Below, piece after piece: positions 9,510-18,163 of a stretch of DNA of 58,922 nt. Positions within the stretch are counted from its first letter, which is position 1; each line of letters opens with the position of its first letter. The position numbers and the translations under genes were made by a program. The stretch covers positions 1 to 58,922 of the forward strand of contig PBBE01000015.1 of assembly GCA_002716485.1 (NCBI GenBank), read 5' to 3'. The notes beneath the pieces are model-generated. The model ran no database searches. It saw nothing but the letters and a program-made list of their open reading frames with translations, and was not told the origin of the DNA. This stretch comes from Actinomycetota bacterium. Lineage in GTDB: Bacteria; Margulisbacteria; Marinamargulisbacteria; GCA-2716485.

Positions 9510-11812
9510 ATTCTATTAATTTTTTTAAGCAAGCCCCTGTGGCGTTTCAAGCATTAAAGCGACCCTCTCGATCTGTACAACTACAATCCGCTTGTTTACA
9601 AAGTCAGCGAATTTGTTCATCACGTGGGTTTCAAACAGACTATCAAAAGGGCAGTCCAACATCCATTACCCCCCGCCATGCGCATCCCAATATCCCTAAG
9701 GACTTATTTAAATCTTCTTTGCTTCCTACCAGTGTAAAAGGCGTCTTTTTAATGGGCCAGCCTGCTGAGTATATGGATATTTATACCCCCCGAATCCTAT
9801 CGCATATCCACCAAGTGGCAAGTGACTACTTTGATGGCCGACTCGGGTACTCTCGTTCTGATCTAGATGCTTTTAACCAACAAAACTGGTCTGAAATGAG
9901 ATCTCGCGTTATTTTGGGTGCCCCTGCGATCCAACATCGACCCAATAAAGAAGCTATTATGCATCCAGAGCCCTTGCCTAAGGCATTTTTAGCCCCTCAT
10001 GTAGTGACTACTGGCCAATCTGGAAAAGCCCACTTTTTAATCCATGGATTAAATGCCATGTCTGATCAAGGGCCCTTTAAAGGGGCTTTTATGTCAGATA
10101 TTGAAGATTCATCGGCTTACACCCTGTCTTTATCTGCGAATGGCGCTCGTTATGACCGTGACGCATTATCAAGAGCCTTGCGTTGTGATCGTGAAGGAAA
10201 AGACTCCTTAACTTTATCTCAAATCCCCGGCCTTTTACTGAAGCGTGTCCCTGCTATTGAGCGAAACTCTTTTGTGGCCATTACTCATGCAGGTCGCCCC
10301 AAATTAGTGCCGGCTGCTTTGGTAGAAATGGCCTTGTTTTTAGGTAACTCAGGCCATTTAAGTCAACAAAATCAAGATTGCATTCCCTTTTATTTACCTA
10401 AATTAAGACACCGTGAAGACTTTCAAACCATTACGGCCTGGCAGGATGGCTTGATCGCGTCTATGGGTACAGAAGGACACGTCATTAACTCGGTTCTTAT
10501 TGAAGACCCGGGTCTCTTAACTGATATTGATGAGGTGTTGTCTCACCCTAGAACAGGTGTGGTCAATGCGGCATTATGGGATTACCAGCGGGTATTAACC
10601 CGAGCGTTGACCATTCCTTCCTCTCATTTTTCTGAGTTACCTAAGTCTGTACAAGAGCAAGTGTTGACTCGCACCCAAATGTCAGATCGGTCTGACATGC
10701 GTTCTGATTCTTCGATTTTGGCTTACCAACAATTTTTAAGTAGCCAGGCTGGCACCTATAAAGTCTTAAGTGAAGGCGGCATGGATACACGAATTCCAAG
10801 TAAAGATCGAGATCAATTACCCATGCAACAAGACGCCGTTCGAATTGGAAAAGAAGTAGAGGCCTTTGAATTGGGTAATCACCGAGCTTGGTCCGGTCAT
10901 CCCGATATTACGACATCTGTTTCTGACCCCTTTCAAGACCGGGCAGCCCTTCTCCCTATCTTCAATAAGATTCAAGCTCAAATAGATAAAAAGCGACTTT
11001 ATGACGCTTTATCTTCTCAAATGGTTTCACCATCCAAGTGGATCTCCAATTTACATCAGGAGAAAGTAGACTTATCAGACCGAGAATGGCAGGACCTTCG
11101 AAATTGGTTCGCCAGTCCTTATGTCCAAAGTTTACCTAGTAGTACATGGAATTTGGTATTACAAAATTTAATGACTGGCCAATATCGTGGGGCCACGCCA
11201 GGTAATCATGCCTTATCCACTCTTAACCCGTCTCGACCTGCCCCCACATACAAAGGCATCCAAAATGCAACCCAAGTGTCCTTGTTTTATTTGGCAGCCC
11301 AGTTGTCTGAACAACAAGAAGGGTGTATCGGGTTGGAAGGGCTCTTTAGTGGAGACCAGGCTTTTTTTGAAGATTATGCCACCACGGGTCATAGTAATAA
11401 CTTACTTTGGCAAGGGATTACTTATCAAACTGAATATCGTGATTCGCAAGGAGATTTTGTGACCATTGATACCGACTCTGTCACTGAGTTTATTGACGCT
11501 ATGAAGCAAAAATGTATTTCTGAACGAAGCGAACGTGGGCTTATGTATATTTCGGAACAGGACCTAAGTCGTGCGGCTAATATTATAGAGCTAGTCGTGA
11601 CCCGACAAGATTTTTCTCAAACGGCCAAGACATTGCTTGACATGTATCACTTGGTAGAAAGTCGTCACTCTCGATCATCTGATGCTTATGAGGCCCAGCT
11701 CAAGACTATTGATACCTTAATTACAGATATTTTAGCGGATCAATATACAGGAGATGAGTTACAAGAAATGGGCTTAGACCCTGCTTTGGCCGCCCCTATT
11801 CAGAAGGCATAA
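9506..11812 (+). CDS. Highly divergent malate synthase-like protein (768 aa)
   Basis: Its ATG overlaps the upstream stop (ATGA at 9506-9509). Collinear malate-synthase-like motifs are DIEDSS, PFYLPKLRHRED (compare YLPKxE), VLIEDPG (compare LIET), NAALWDYQ (compare GRWDY) and FEDYATTGHSNNLLWQ (compare EDAATAEISRxQxWQW). Large insertions and extensions are present. Confidence 0.5.
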   Translation: MNSINFFKQAPVAFQALKRPSRSVQLQSACLQSQRICSSRGFQTDYQKGSPTSITPRHAHPNIPKDLFKSSLLPTSVKGVFLMGQPAEYMDIYTPRILSHIHQVASDYFDGRLGYSRSDLDAFNQQNWSEMRSRVILGAPAIQHRPNKEAIMHPEPLPKAFLAPHVVTTGQSGKAHFLIHGLNAMSDQGPFKGAFMSDIEDSSAYTLSLSANGARYDRDALSRALRCDREGKDSLTLSQIPGLLLKRVPAIERNSFVAITHAGRPKLVPAALVEMALFLGNSGHLSQQNQDCIPFYLPKLRHREDFQTITAWQDGLIASMGTEGHVINSVLIEDPGLLTDIDEVLSHPRTGVVNAALWDYQRVLTRALTIPSSHFSELPKSVQEQVLTRTQMSDRSDMRSDSSILAYQQFLSSQAGTYKVLSEGGMDTRIPSKDRDQLPMQQDAVRIGKEVEAFELGNHRAWSGHPDITTSVSDPFQDRAALLPIFNKIQAQIDKKRLYDALSSQMVSPSKWISNLHQEKVDLSDREWQDLRNWFASPYVQSLPSSTWNLVLQNLMTGQYRGATPGNHALSTLNPSRPAPTYKGIQNATQVSLFYLAAQLSEQQEGCIGLEGLFSGDQAFFEDYATTGHSNNLLWQGITYQTEYRDSQGDFVTIDTDSVTEFIDAMKQKCISERSERGLMYISEQDLSRAANIIELVVTRQDFSQTAKTLLDMYHLVESRHSRSSDAYEAQLKTIDTLITDILADQYTGDELQEMGLDPALAAPIQKA

Positions 11813-11841
11813 CATCATTCATTCATAGGAGTAGGGGGGGG

Positions 11842-12792
11842 CTATGGAACCAGATGTGACCACTGTGCGAGAATCTCTCGGTCACTTTTTTGATCAGGCA
11901 TTTTTTGCCATCGATACTTGAAGATGCCTGGCAAGCGAATTAATGCGGTCAGTATGGCCCGAATATCTCTAATTTGAAGGGTTAGTATTTTGAGTAATAC
12001 GGTCCCTAAATGACTTAATATCCAAGTGGGATCTGTGATGTTTTTCCACATAAAAATATATTGGTTTCGTAAATGGGTCCGGTCAATAAATGCCTTTGAA
12101 AAGTAATGGCCAATGGTACTTTGATGGGCATGATGAAAGATAAGTTGGGGCGAGTATATAGATTGCCAGCCTTGTTTCCATGCCCGATATGAGAGATCCA
12201 GATCTTCACAATAAAAAGGATAAAATAGCTCGTCAAACCCGTTTAATTGGATGAATTTTTCTTTGCTCATTAGCATTGCGCCGCCACAGGCCCATAAAAT
12301 ATTGGTTTTTTTGTCTGCGTTTGTGTGATCGAGGACCTGTTCATTTAGTTCGCTGGAAAACCAACCCCCTTTAAAAAAGCCCATATTTAAGGCTTCGTTC
12401 ATTTGGCTTACTTGCCCGTGTTCATTTTCAATATCACGAAGAATTTGACCAGAAATTGCAAAAACATCGGGTCTTTCCAAATCATCGCTGACTAACTTAG
12501 GGTCAAAGGCAAGGCATTTCATATCGTTATTTAATAATAAAATAATGGGGTTCTTTGCTGCCATAATTCCAATATTACAACTTTTTCCAAAGCCATGATT
12601 ACTTTGATTAATAATCAGCTTGACACTGGGGTGATGATGTTGAAGATAAGAGACAGACCCATCGGCGCTTGCATCATCAACGATGATTACTTCAGTAACT
12701 CCGCTTTTTTTAAATTCATTCAGATTACCCCCAAGAAATTGGGTTAAAAGTGCTTTTCCATTAAAATTAGGAATAATGACAGAAATACTCAT
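11842..12792 (-). CDS. Family 2 glycosyltransferase
   Basis: MSISVIIPNFNG...VIIVDDASADGS...LLNNDM matches the GT2 N-terminal nucleotide-sugar binding pattern, with FYCEDLDLSYR downstream. Confidence 0.8.
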   Translation of the reverse strand: MSISVIIPNFNGKALLTQFLGGNLNEFKKSGVTEVIIVDDASADGSVSYLQHHHPSVKLIINQSNHGFGKSCNIGIMAAKNPIILLLNNDMKCLAFDPKLVSDDLERPDVFAISGQILRDIENEHGQVSQMNEALNMGFFKGGWFSSELNEQVLDHTNADKKTNILWACGGAMLMSKEKFIQLNGFDELFYPFYCEDLDLSYRAWKQGWQSIYSPQLIFHHAHQSTIGHYFSKAFIDRTHLRNQYIFMWKNITDPTWILSHLGTVLLKILTLQIRDIRAILTALIRLPGIFKYRWQKMPDQKSDREILAQWSHLVP

Positions 12793-12849
12793 ATGAATGA
12801 AATATAGTTTAGCAAGCTTGCATTGGATTCAGCAATATTTAGAGTATCT

Positions 12850-13503
12850 TTAGACCGCTACACCTATACAACGTACTAGGTCTTCAAACTTTTTTTTAAT
12901 ATGTTGGGGTGTATCTTTATGCAGCTTCGTTGCGTCAGTAAACCCAAATTCAATGAGAATAATCATTACCCCTAGGGCGTTTATCGCATCGTTGTCTAGA
13001 TTGTTTTTTGTTCTTGGTTCATAGTCTTTATATAAGTCTACATTCTCACCCGTAGCCCCTTCAATATTGCACCATATCAGATCAAAGGCATTCAAGCCTA
13101 GACTGTTTTTATGGTAAATGTCTATTTTTCTTAAAAGATTTAGATCCTTTAATAAATAAAGTGTGGTGTCCGTATTTATCATGCTTGCTGCGTGCATTAA
13201 TAAATTCGTATCAAGAGAGTCGGTATTAAAAATAATATCCGTTTTCCCGTTTAAATTTTTTATACATGTCTTAAATATCTCTGTTGACTCTTGGCACGCG
13301 TAAAATGCAATATTCCAGTCGTTCCAAAATTCAACATCATCGATGTTCGTTGTATCATCAAGAAGTAAGTCCTCGACTTCTTTCCAACGCCTATTTTGGG
13401 CAGCAGTGATGAGTGGCGAGTTTTCATCTAAAGAATCAGCGTCTTTATTCTCTTTACTTTTTTTAAAAACAGGCTGAGTTGATGCAAGGATTTTCGTGTT
13501 CAT
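12850..13503 (-). CDS. Hypothetical protein with degenerate ankyrin-like repeats
   Basis: Segments such as NLLMHAASMINTDTTLYLLKDLNLL and NIAFYACQESTEIFKTCIKNLNG loosely follow the ANK helix-turn-helix periodicity. There is no signal peptide. The functional call is weak. Confidence 0.4.
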   Translation of the reverse strand: MNTKILASTQPVFKKSKENKDADSLDENSPLITAAQNRRWKEVEDLLLDDTTNIDDVEFWNDWNIAFYACQESTEIFKTCIKNLNGKTDIIFNTDSLDTNLLMHAASMINTDTTLYLLKDLNLLRKIDIYHKNSLGLNAFDLIWCNIEGATGENVDLYKDYEPRTKNNLDNDAINALGVMIILIEFGFTDATKLHKDTPQHIKKKFEDLVRCIGVAV

Positions 13504-13678
13504 TTTTTTGTTTTTATTAATAAAATCACAATAATTATACGTGCTGTTATTGATTTTATTAGACCCGCTATAATTTTGTCAATTATATAAAAGATCAATA
13601 TGGAATATTTTTTCTTGTGTCTAGAAATTTACTTTAATATATTGTGATATATGAGTGACCATGTCATACTGAACTTAA

Positions 13679-14173
13679 ATGAATAAAACTCTTTTCTTTA
13701 TTTTTTACTGGATATTCATATCGTCTCACTTGCTATTGGCGAGGCCTTTGTCATTTAATATGCTATGGGATTTCAACTTCTATAAGGAACCGGGGTTATC
13801 CCTTTCGTACCCGATTAAACGTGGACTTTCTTTGGATGCCAGTTACCATACTTCTCGATTCGGGGCAGGGGCTCGAAATGGACTTAATATTGACCACTTT
13901 TTATTGGGAGTAAATTGGGCGGTGTTAAAAAAAAAGAACGCGTCTTTATTTACTCGACTTGAAATTGGTCGCTCCAAATATGAGCTTGAGGCCTTATCAG
14001 CATTTCAATTTTTAGAGACCCAATCTAGTATTTTGGCATTAGGCGTGGGGATATCATATCGATTTTCTCGATTGCCACTTCGCTTAGAAACAACTGGCCT
14101 ATATCACCTCATCCAAAGTAGTACTACAAAGCCCCTTGGTTTTCGATTAGGGATGGAGATTCCATTTTTATGA
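13679..14173 (+). CDS. Small secreted protein, possibly an outer-membrane beta-barrel
   Basis: It has an N-terminal signal-like segment (LFFIFYWIFISSHLLLA), alternating hydrophobic pattern and a C-terminal aromatic (EIPFL). Its stop overlaps the next start (ATGA). Confidence 0.45.
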   Translation: MNKTLFFIFYWIFISSHLLLARPLSFNMLWDFNFYKEPGLSLSYPIKRGLSLDASYHTSRFGAGARNGLNIDHFLLGVNWAVLKKKNASLFTRLEIGRSKYELEALSAFQFLETQSSILALGVGISYRFSRLPLRLETTGLYHLIQSSTTKPLGFRLGMEIPFL

Positions 14174-15111
14174 ATCAACAACGATTGATCATGATTGCGT
14201 CGATTCTGATGTTACTATTCATGGGTTGTACCCGAAACTCACCTACAGATATTCAGCCCTCTTGGCTAGATAGCTCTGATTATTTGGCTCCTAGCCTTTC
14301 TGACCCTAATTACCTGGTTTCCTCAAGATTTGAGTCCCCCAGTGATCTTATATTAAATACACCGGTCATTATTGCTGTTCATGGCTTTACGGCATCAACT
14401 TTTGAATGGCAAGAGTTCAAAACCTACGCCGAAGCCAATGCCAATGTCTTGGTCTCATTGGTCTTATTAGGTGCCCATGGACGCTCTTATGATTCATTTA
14501 AACAAGCAAGTTGGCAGGACTGGGCTGCGCCTATAATGGAAGAATATAACCGTCTGGTTGAACTAGGCTATACTCAAATTGGACTAGCAGGCGCCTCTAC
14601 GGGCGGAACATTAATTGCCAACGCAATTGAAACGACTCTATGGCAGCAGGCCCCACGTGCGGTATTTTTTGTGGATACATTGGTGGTACCCAAAGATAAG
14701 ATGTTATATCTTGTTCCCTATGCCCATTATTTTTTATCTGATCAAAAAAGCAAAAGCATCAATGATGCTGACCGGGCCTACTGGTATACCTATCGACCGG
14801 TAGAGGCATTAAAACAGTTAGAGTCAGTGGCAGAGACCCTTCGCTCACAGCTGGAATGGGGCATTACTCTACCTGCGGGCACTTCTGGGTTCATCTTTCA
14901 ATCCCAACGAGACCCAACGGTTGATCCCATTTCAGCCTACTTACTATATAAAGGGCTTCGTGATTCCCATGGGAATCGACTTTCTGTAAGTACTTATGAT
15001 TCTGATCTACATGTTCTCACTCGATTAGATAATCGTGATCTTGTCACGGATAAAGATCGGCAAAATCAACGAGATATCTATACCCAAATTATTTCTGCAA
15101 TGACGCCTTAA
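14170..15111 (+). CDS. Alpha/beta-hydrolase (esterase/lipase-type), probable lipoprotein
   Basis: It has a signal peptide ending LLFMGC, the HGFTAS oxyanion region and the GxSxG nucleophile elbow GLAGASTGG. Confidence 0.7.
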   Translation: MNQQRLIMIASILMLLFMGCTRNSPTDIQPSWLDSSDYLAPSLSDPNYLVSSRFESPSDLILNTPVIIAVHGFTASTFEWQEFKTYAEANANVLVSLVLLGAHGRSYDSFKQASWQDWAAPIMEEYNRLVELGYTQIGLAGASTGGTLIANAIETTLWQQAPRAVFFVDTLVVPKDKMLYLVPYAHYFLSDQKSKSINDADRAYWYTYRPVEALKQLESVAETLRSQLEWGITLPAGTSGFIFQSQRDPTVDPISAYLLYKGLRDSHGNRLSVSTYDSDLHVLTRLDNRDLVTDKDRQNQRDIYTQIISAMTP

Positions 15112-15351
15112 TTAAATTATACTTAACCTTGATCTTTTCTTAACATATGAGCTCGCTTTAAACAAATTTGTTAGACAAGGACCCTTAATTAGCTAAAATC
15201 CGGGGCTTTCTACATTTATGTTTTTTCTTTTACTTAAGTTTATGACTATTTATATTAAAGGAACATCAATGTAGGGGTTGTCTGTGTTTCTTTATCTAAG
15301 AATGAGCCTAACAGCCCTTGACTTGGCCAAAAAATAACAACCCTTAGGGGT

Positions 15352-16596
15352 ATGAAACAGCAATATAAACTAATTGCAATGCACATTGAATCAGGGGTAA
15401 GAAGCACCACAGCAATTTTAAATGCTGAACGCTTTGGAACTTATCGGCTAAGTCCTGTCAAACCCATTGGATTCTTACCTAAAAACTTTCGTAATATCCT
15501 TAATAAATGGGGTTGGACCCCTGTAAAAAGTCGGGATCAGGCACGAAAAATTGGCTTTATTCGAACCACTCAGCACCCCTTTCCACGATTAATCCCATCC
15601 AAAAGCACGGCTTGTGCTCGGGTATCATTAATGGCGAAACTGACCATCGGAGAAGGACATACGGGCCCCATGGGCTTGTGTGCGGCTCATGGTGACTTTG
15701 TTCCTACGACGGACTTGGATGTGGATCACTTTCAACCATCCTCGGATATTGTGACAAGATTGATGGAATTAACCCGTATGATTAATCAGCAAGATACGAT
15801 TGGGGCCTTGTTAATTAAGAATCGGAAATGCCGAAGTCTTTTGGTTTCATATCAACCTGAAACCCAATATAAATACCTAGCAAAACCGGCGTTAAGTAGT
15901 AAAGTTGCTGATGTTGAGACCTTTATGGAAACGATGAACCAACATAAGGACTTTGCCACGGCCATTACCCAAGATCCGAACTTTCGGTATTGCTTTACGA
16001 TCAAAGCCCTTCACTCACCTAAAGAATATTATCCAAGCAAAAAATTAGTGTCCATGTATTACAATGACCCGGGTAACCTTTGGTTGATTTGTAAAAAGTG
16101 TAATGGGGGACTAGGAAAACATGCCCAGGACCCCATTCAATGGATGCGACAAAACCCGTTATTTGGGGCTGACTTTGTGAATGAGGTTAGCCCAATTAAC
16201 CAACAAGGCATTATGATCAAGACCCGAGATGGTAGGGGCTTGGCAGAATCTGCACTTACATTTTTTTTCCAGCGTCATCATCGACTTATTTTTCGGAATG
16301 GCTTAAGTTTGAACCTGGTCACACAGCTTAAAGATAGCTCTCGACAACTTGATACCAGCGAAAATCAAGTTCAGAGTGATAAAGAAAACCAAGACTCAGT
16401 TAAAACCGTCAAAACTGCTCATGCTGATTTCCAACATCGGGTTCAATTAATGTCAGGCTTGGCCAATGAACAAGGCGTTTTATTACCCATTGAAGATGCC
16501 GTCCAAGTTAAAAGCCCCAAATCATTAACTGAAGATCAAGTGGCCCAATTTATAGAATCTGGGGTTCAGGGAATGGACCTGGAAACAAACAAGTAA
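15352..16596 (+). CDS. Hypothetical protein with a split HNH-nuclease-like motif
   Basis: LDVDHFQPSS (compare DHIxP) and NLWLICKKCNGGLGKH (compare NLxxLCxxCNxxK) are separated by about 115 residues. No other domain was recognised. Confidence 0.45.
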   Translation: MKQQYKLIAMHIESGVRSTTAILNAERFGTYRLSPVKPIGFLPKNFRNILNKWGWTPVKSRDQARKIGFIRTTQHPFPRLIPSKSTACARVSLMAKLTIGEGHTGPMGLCAAHGDFVPTTDLDVDHFQPSSDIVTRLMELTRMINQQDTIGALLIKNRKCRSLLVSYQPETQYKYLAKPALSSKVADVETFMETMNQHKDFATAITQDPNFRYCFTIKALHSPKEYYPSKKLVSMYYNDPGNLWLICKKCNGGLGKHAQDPIQWMRQNPLFGADFVNEVSPINQQGIMIKTRDGRGLAESALTFFFQRHHRLIFRNGLSLNLVTQLKDSSRQLDTSENQVQSDKENQDSVKTVKTAHADFQHRVQLMSGLANEQGVLLPIEDAVQVKSPKSLTEDQVAQFIESGVQGMDLETNK

Positions 16597-16720
16597 ACAT
16601 AAACTTATTTTTCCCATGTTTAATACCTGTGAGATATGGGTATCTCTTAGTATTCAATTTGAGCAAGATTGATCCTTGCCAAATAGGCTTCAAGTTAGGG
16701 ATAATAGGACTATTAAACTC

Positions 16721-18163
16721 ATGAAATTTCAAGACCACCCATTCTTAGTAATCATATTAATTGCGCTTTTAAGCTCGCCTTTTGCAACCCCTAGTGCCGC
16801 GGTTAGTCTGGATGAATATATCAAGGATATTTACCCGACGCACCCTAAAGTAAAAGCGATTCAACTTGATCAATTTATTCAAGAGCATGAAGTACTCAAG
16901 GCCCAATCTGCAGGTGAATGGGAACTGCAATTGCAGCCCAATGCCCGTTATACAGAGCCCATATCTATGAATGCCTTTACGGCATCTAAGCAGCAGAATC
17001 TGGGACTTAACTTATCTTTGAATCGGCGGTTTTTAGACTCAGGTCGACACTTAAGCATTTTGGCCAACTCCACCCAATTAAATCAATCTTTTCCGGCCAA
17101 TAACTTAGGCTTTGAAATGGGTAAAGGGATTCATTATCAACAAGACGTAAAGCTACAGCTGACCCAACCGCTATTTCGAAATGAACGATGCGTCTCTGAG
17201 CTTCCTCTTTTGCTGGCCAAAGAGCGACAGCGTTGGGTCCAATTACAAAGCAAGACCCAATTGACAGGGCTATTATTAGAAGTAATCCAACATTATTTGG
17301 ATTGGGTCTTATATTCAGAACAGGTTAAATTGTCTGAAAGACGCTTAGAAATCGCCCAAACACAACGACGTGCTATCCAAGAGCGACTCAATGATCACTT
17401 GGTTGAAAAAGTGGATTTAATACGATCAGAAGACACCCTTCGCTTATTAATTCAACAGCACTACCAATATGAGTCCCTGCTAGATTCAAAACGTCATTTT
17501 ATTAATACATATGTTAATGAGCAATTATCTGAGTCCGATATCCCAAGCTATGACCTAGAATCTCTCCCGCTGCCTCTATCGCCAGACCAAATTGAACTGA
17601 CAAACCTACCATCCGTTGCTCAGCAAGCGCTTGTTCTTAAGCAAGTGGATCATCAACGTAAGGCCACTGAGACGCGATTACGTCCCCAGGTGGATATGCA
17701 AATAGGCGCAGGGCTAAGTGGCGCTGATTCTGAATGGTCTGATTCTTTTGGGATTTCAGCTCCTGAACTTAGTGTTCAGTGGGTTTATCATCGACAAGCC
17801 AAACAGGCATCAACCCTTGCTGAAATGGGCATATTAACGGCCAAGCATTCCCAAGCCCAGGCCCAAATGGACTCCCAGGCCCAAGATGCACTGGCGATTC
17901 TGAATTCTCTTTATGTCCAATTTGATTGGCTTAGCAAATTAATTACACTTCAGCGTGCCCAGATCAGCGCCTCACAAAACACGGTTCAAGAAGAAAAGAC
18001 CCGTTATTTTCAAGGTCGAACTCCTTTAACTAATTTAATTCAAGCCCAAGATTCTGAACAACAAGCCAAGCTAAATTTGCTTCTTAGTCAAATCCAATAT
18101 CATCGATTATATAATCAGTATCAGGCGGCTAGTCATACCTTAGCATTGCCAGGAGGCTCATAA
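16721..18163 (+). CDS. TolC-family outer membrane efflux protein
   Basis: It has a signal peptide (MKFQDHPFLVIILIALLSSPFATPSAA) and two-fold repeated coiled-coil/beta architecture. Its length is about 480 aa and it lies immediately upstream of the RND pump. The start is set at the ATG at 16721. Confidence 0.75.
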   Translation: MKFQDHPFLVIILIALLSSPFATPSAAVSLDEYIKDIYPTHPKVKAIQLDQFIQEHEVLKAQSAGEWELQLQPNARYTEPISMNAFTASKQQNLGLNLSLNRRFLDSGRHLSILANSTQLNQSFPANNLGFEMGKGIHYQQDVKLQLTQPLFRNERCVSELPLLLAKERQRWVQLQSKTQLTGLLLEVIQHYLDWVLYSEQVKLSERRLEIAQTQRRAIQERLNDHLVEKVDLIRSEDTLRLLIQQHYQYESLLDSKRHFINTYVNEQLSESDIPSYDLESLPLPLSPDQIELTNLPSVAQQALVLKQVDHQRKATETRLRPQVDMQIGAGLSGADSEWSDSFGISAPELSVQWVYHRQAKQASTLAEMGILTAKHSQAQAQMDSQAQDALAILNSLYVQFDWLSKLITLQRAQISASQNTVQEEKTRYFQGRTPLTNLIQAQDSEQQAKLNLLLSQIQYHRLYNQYQAASHTLALPGGS

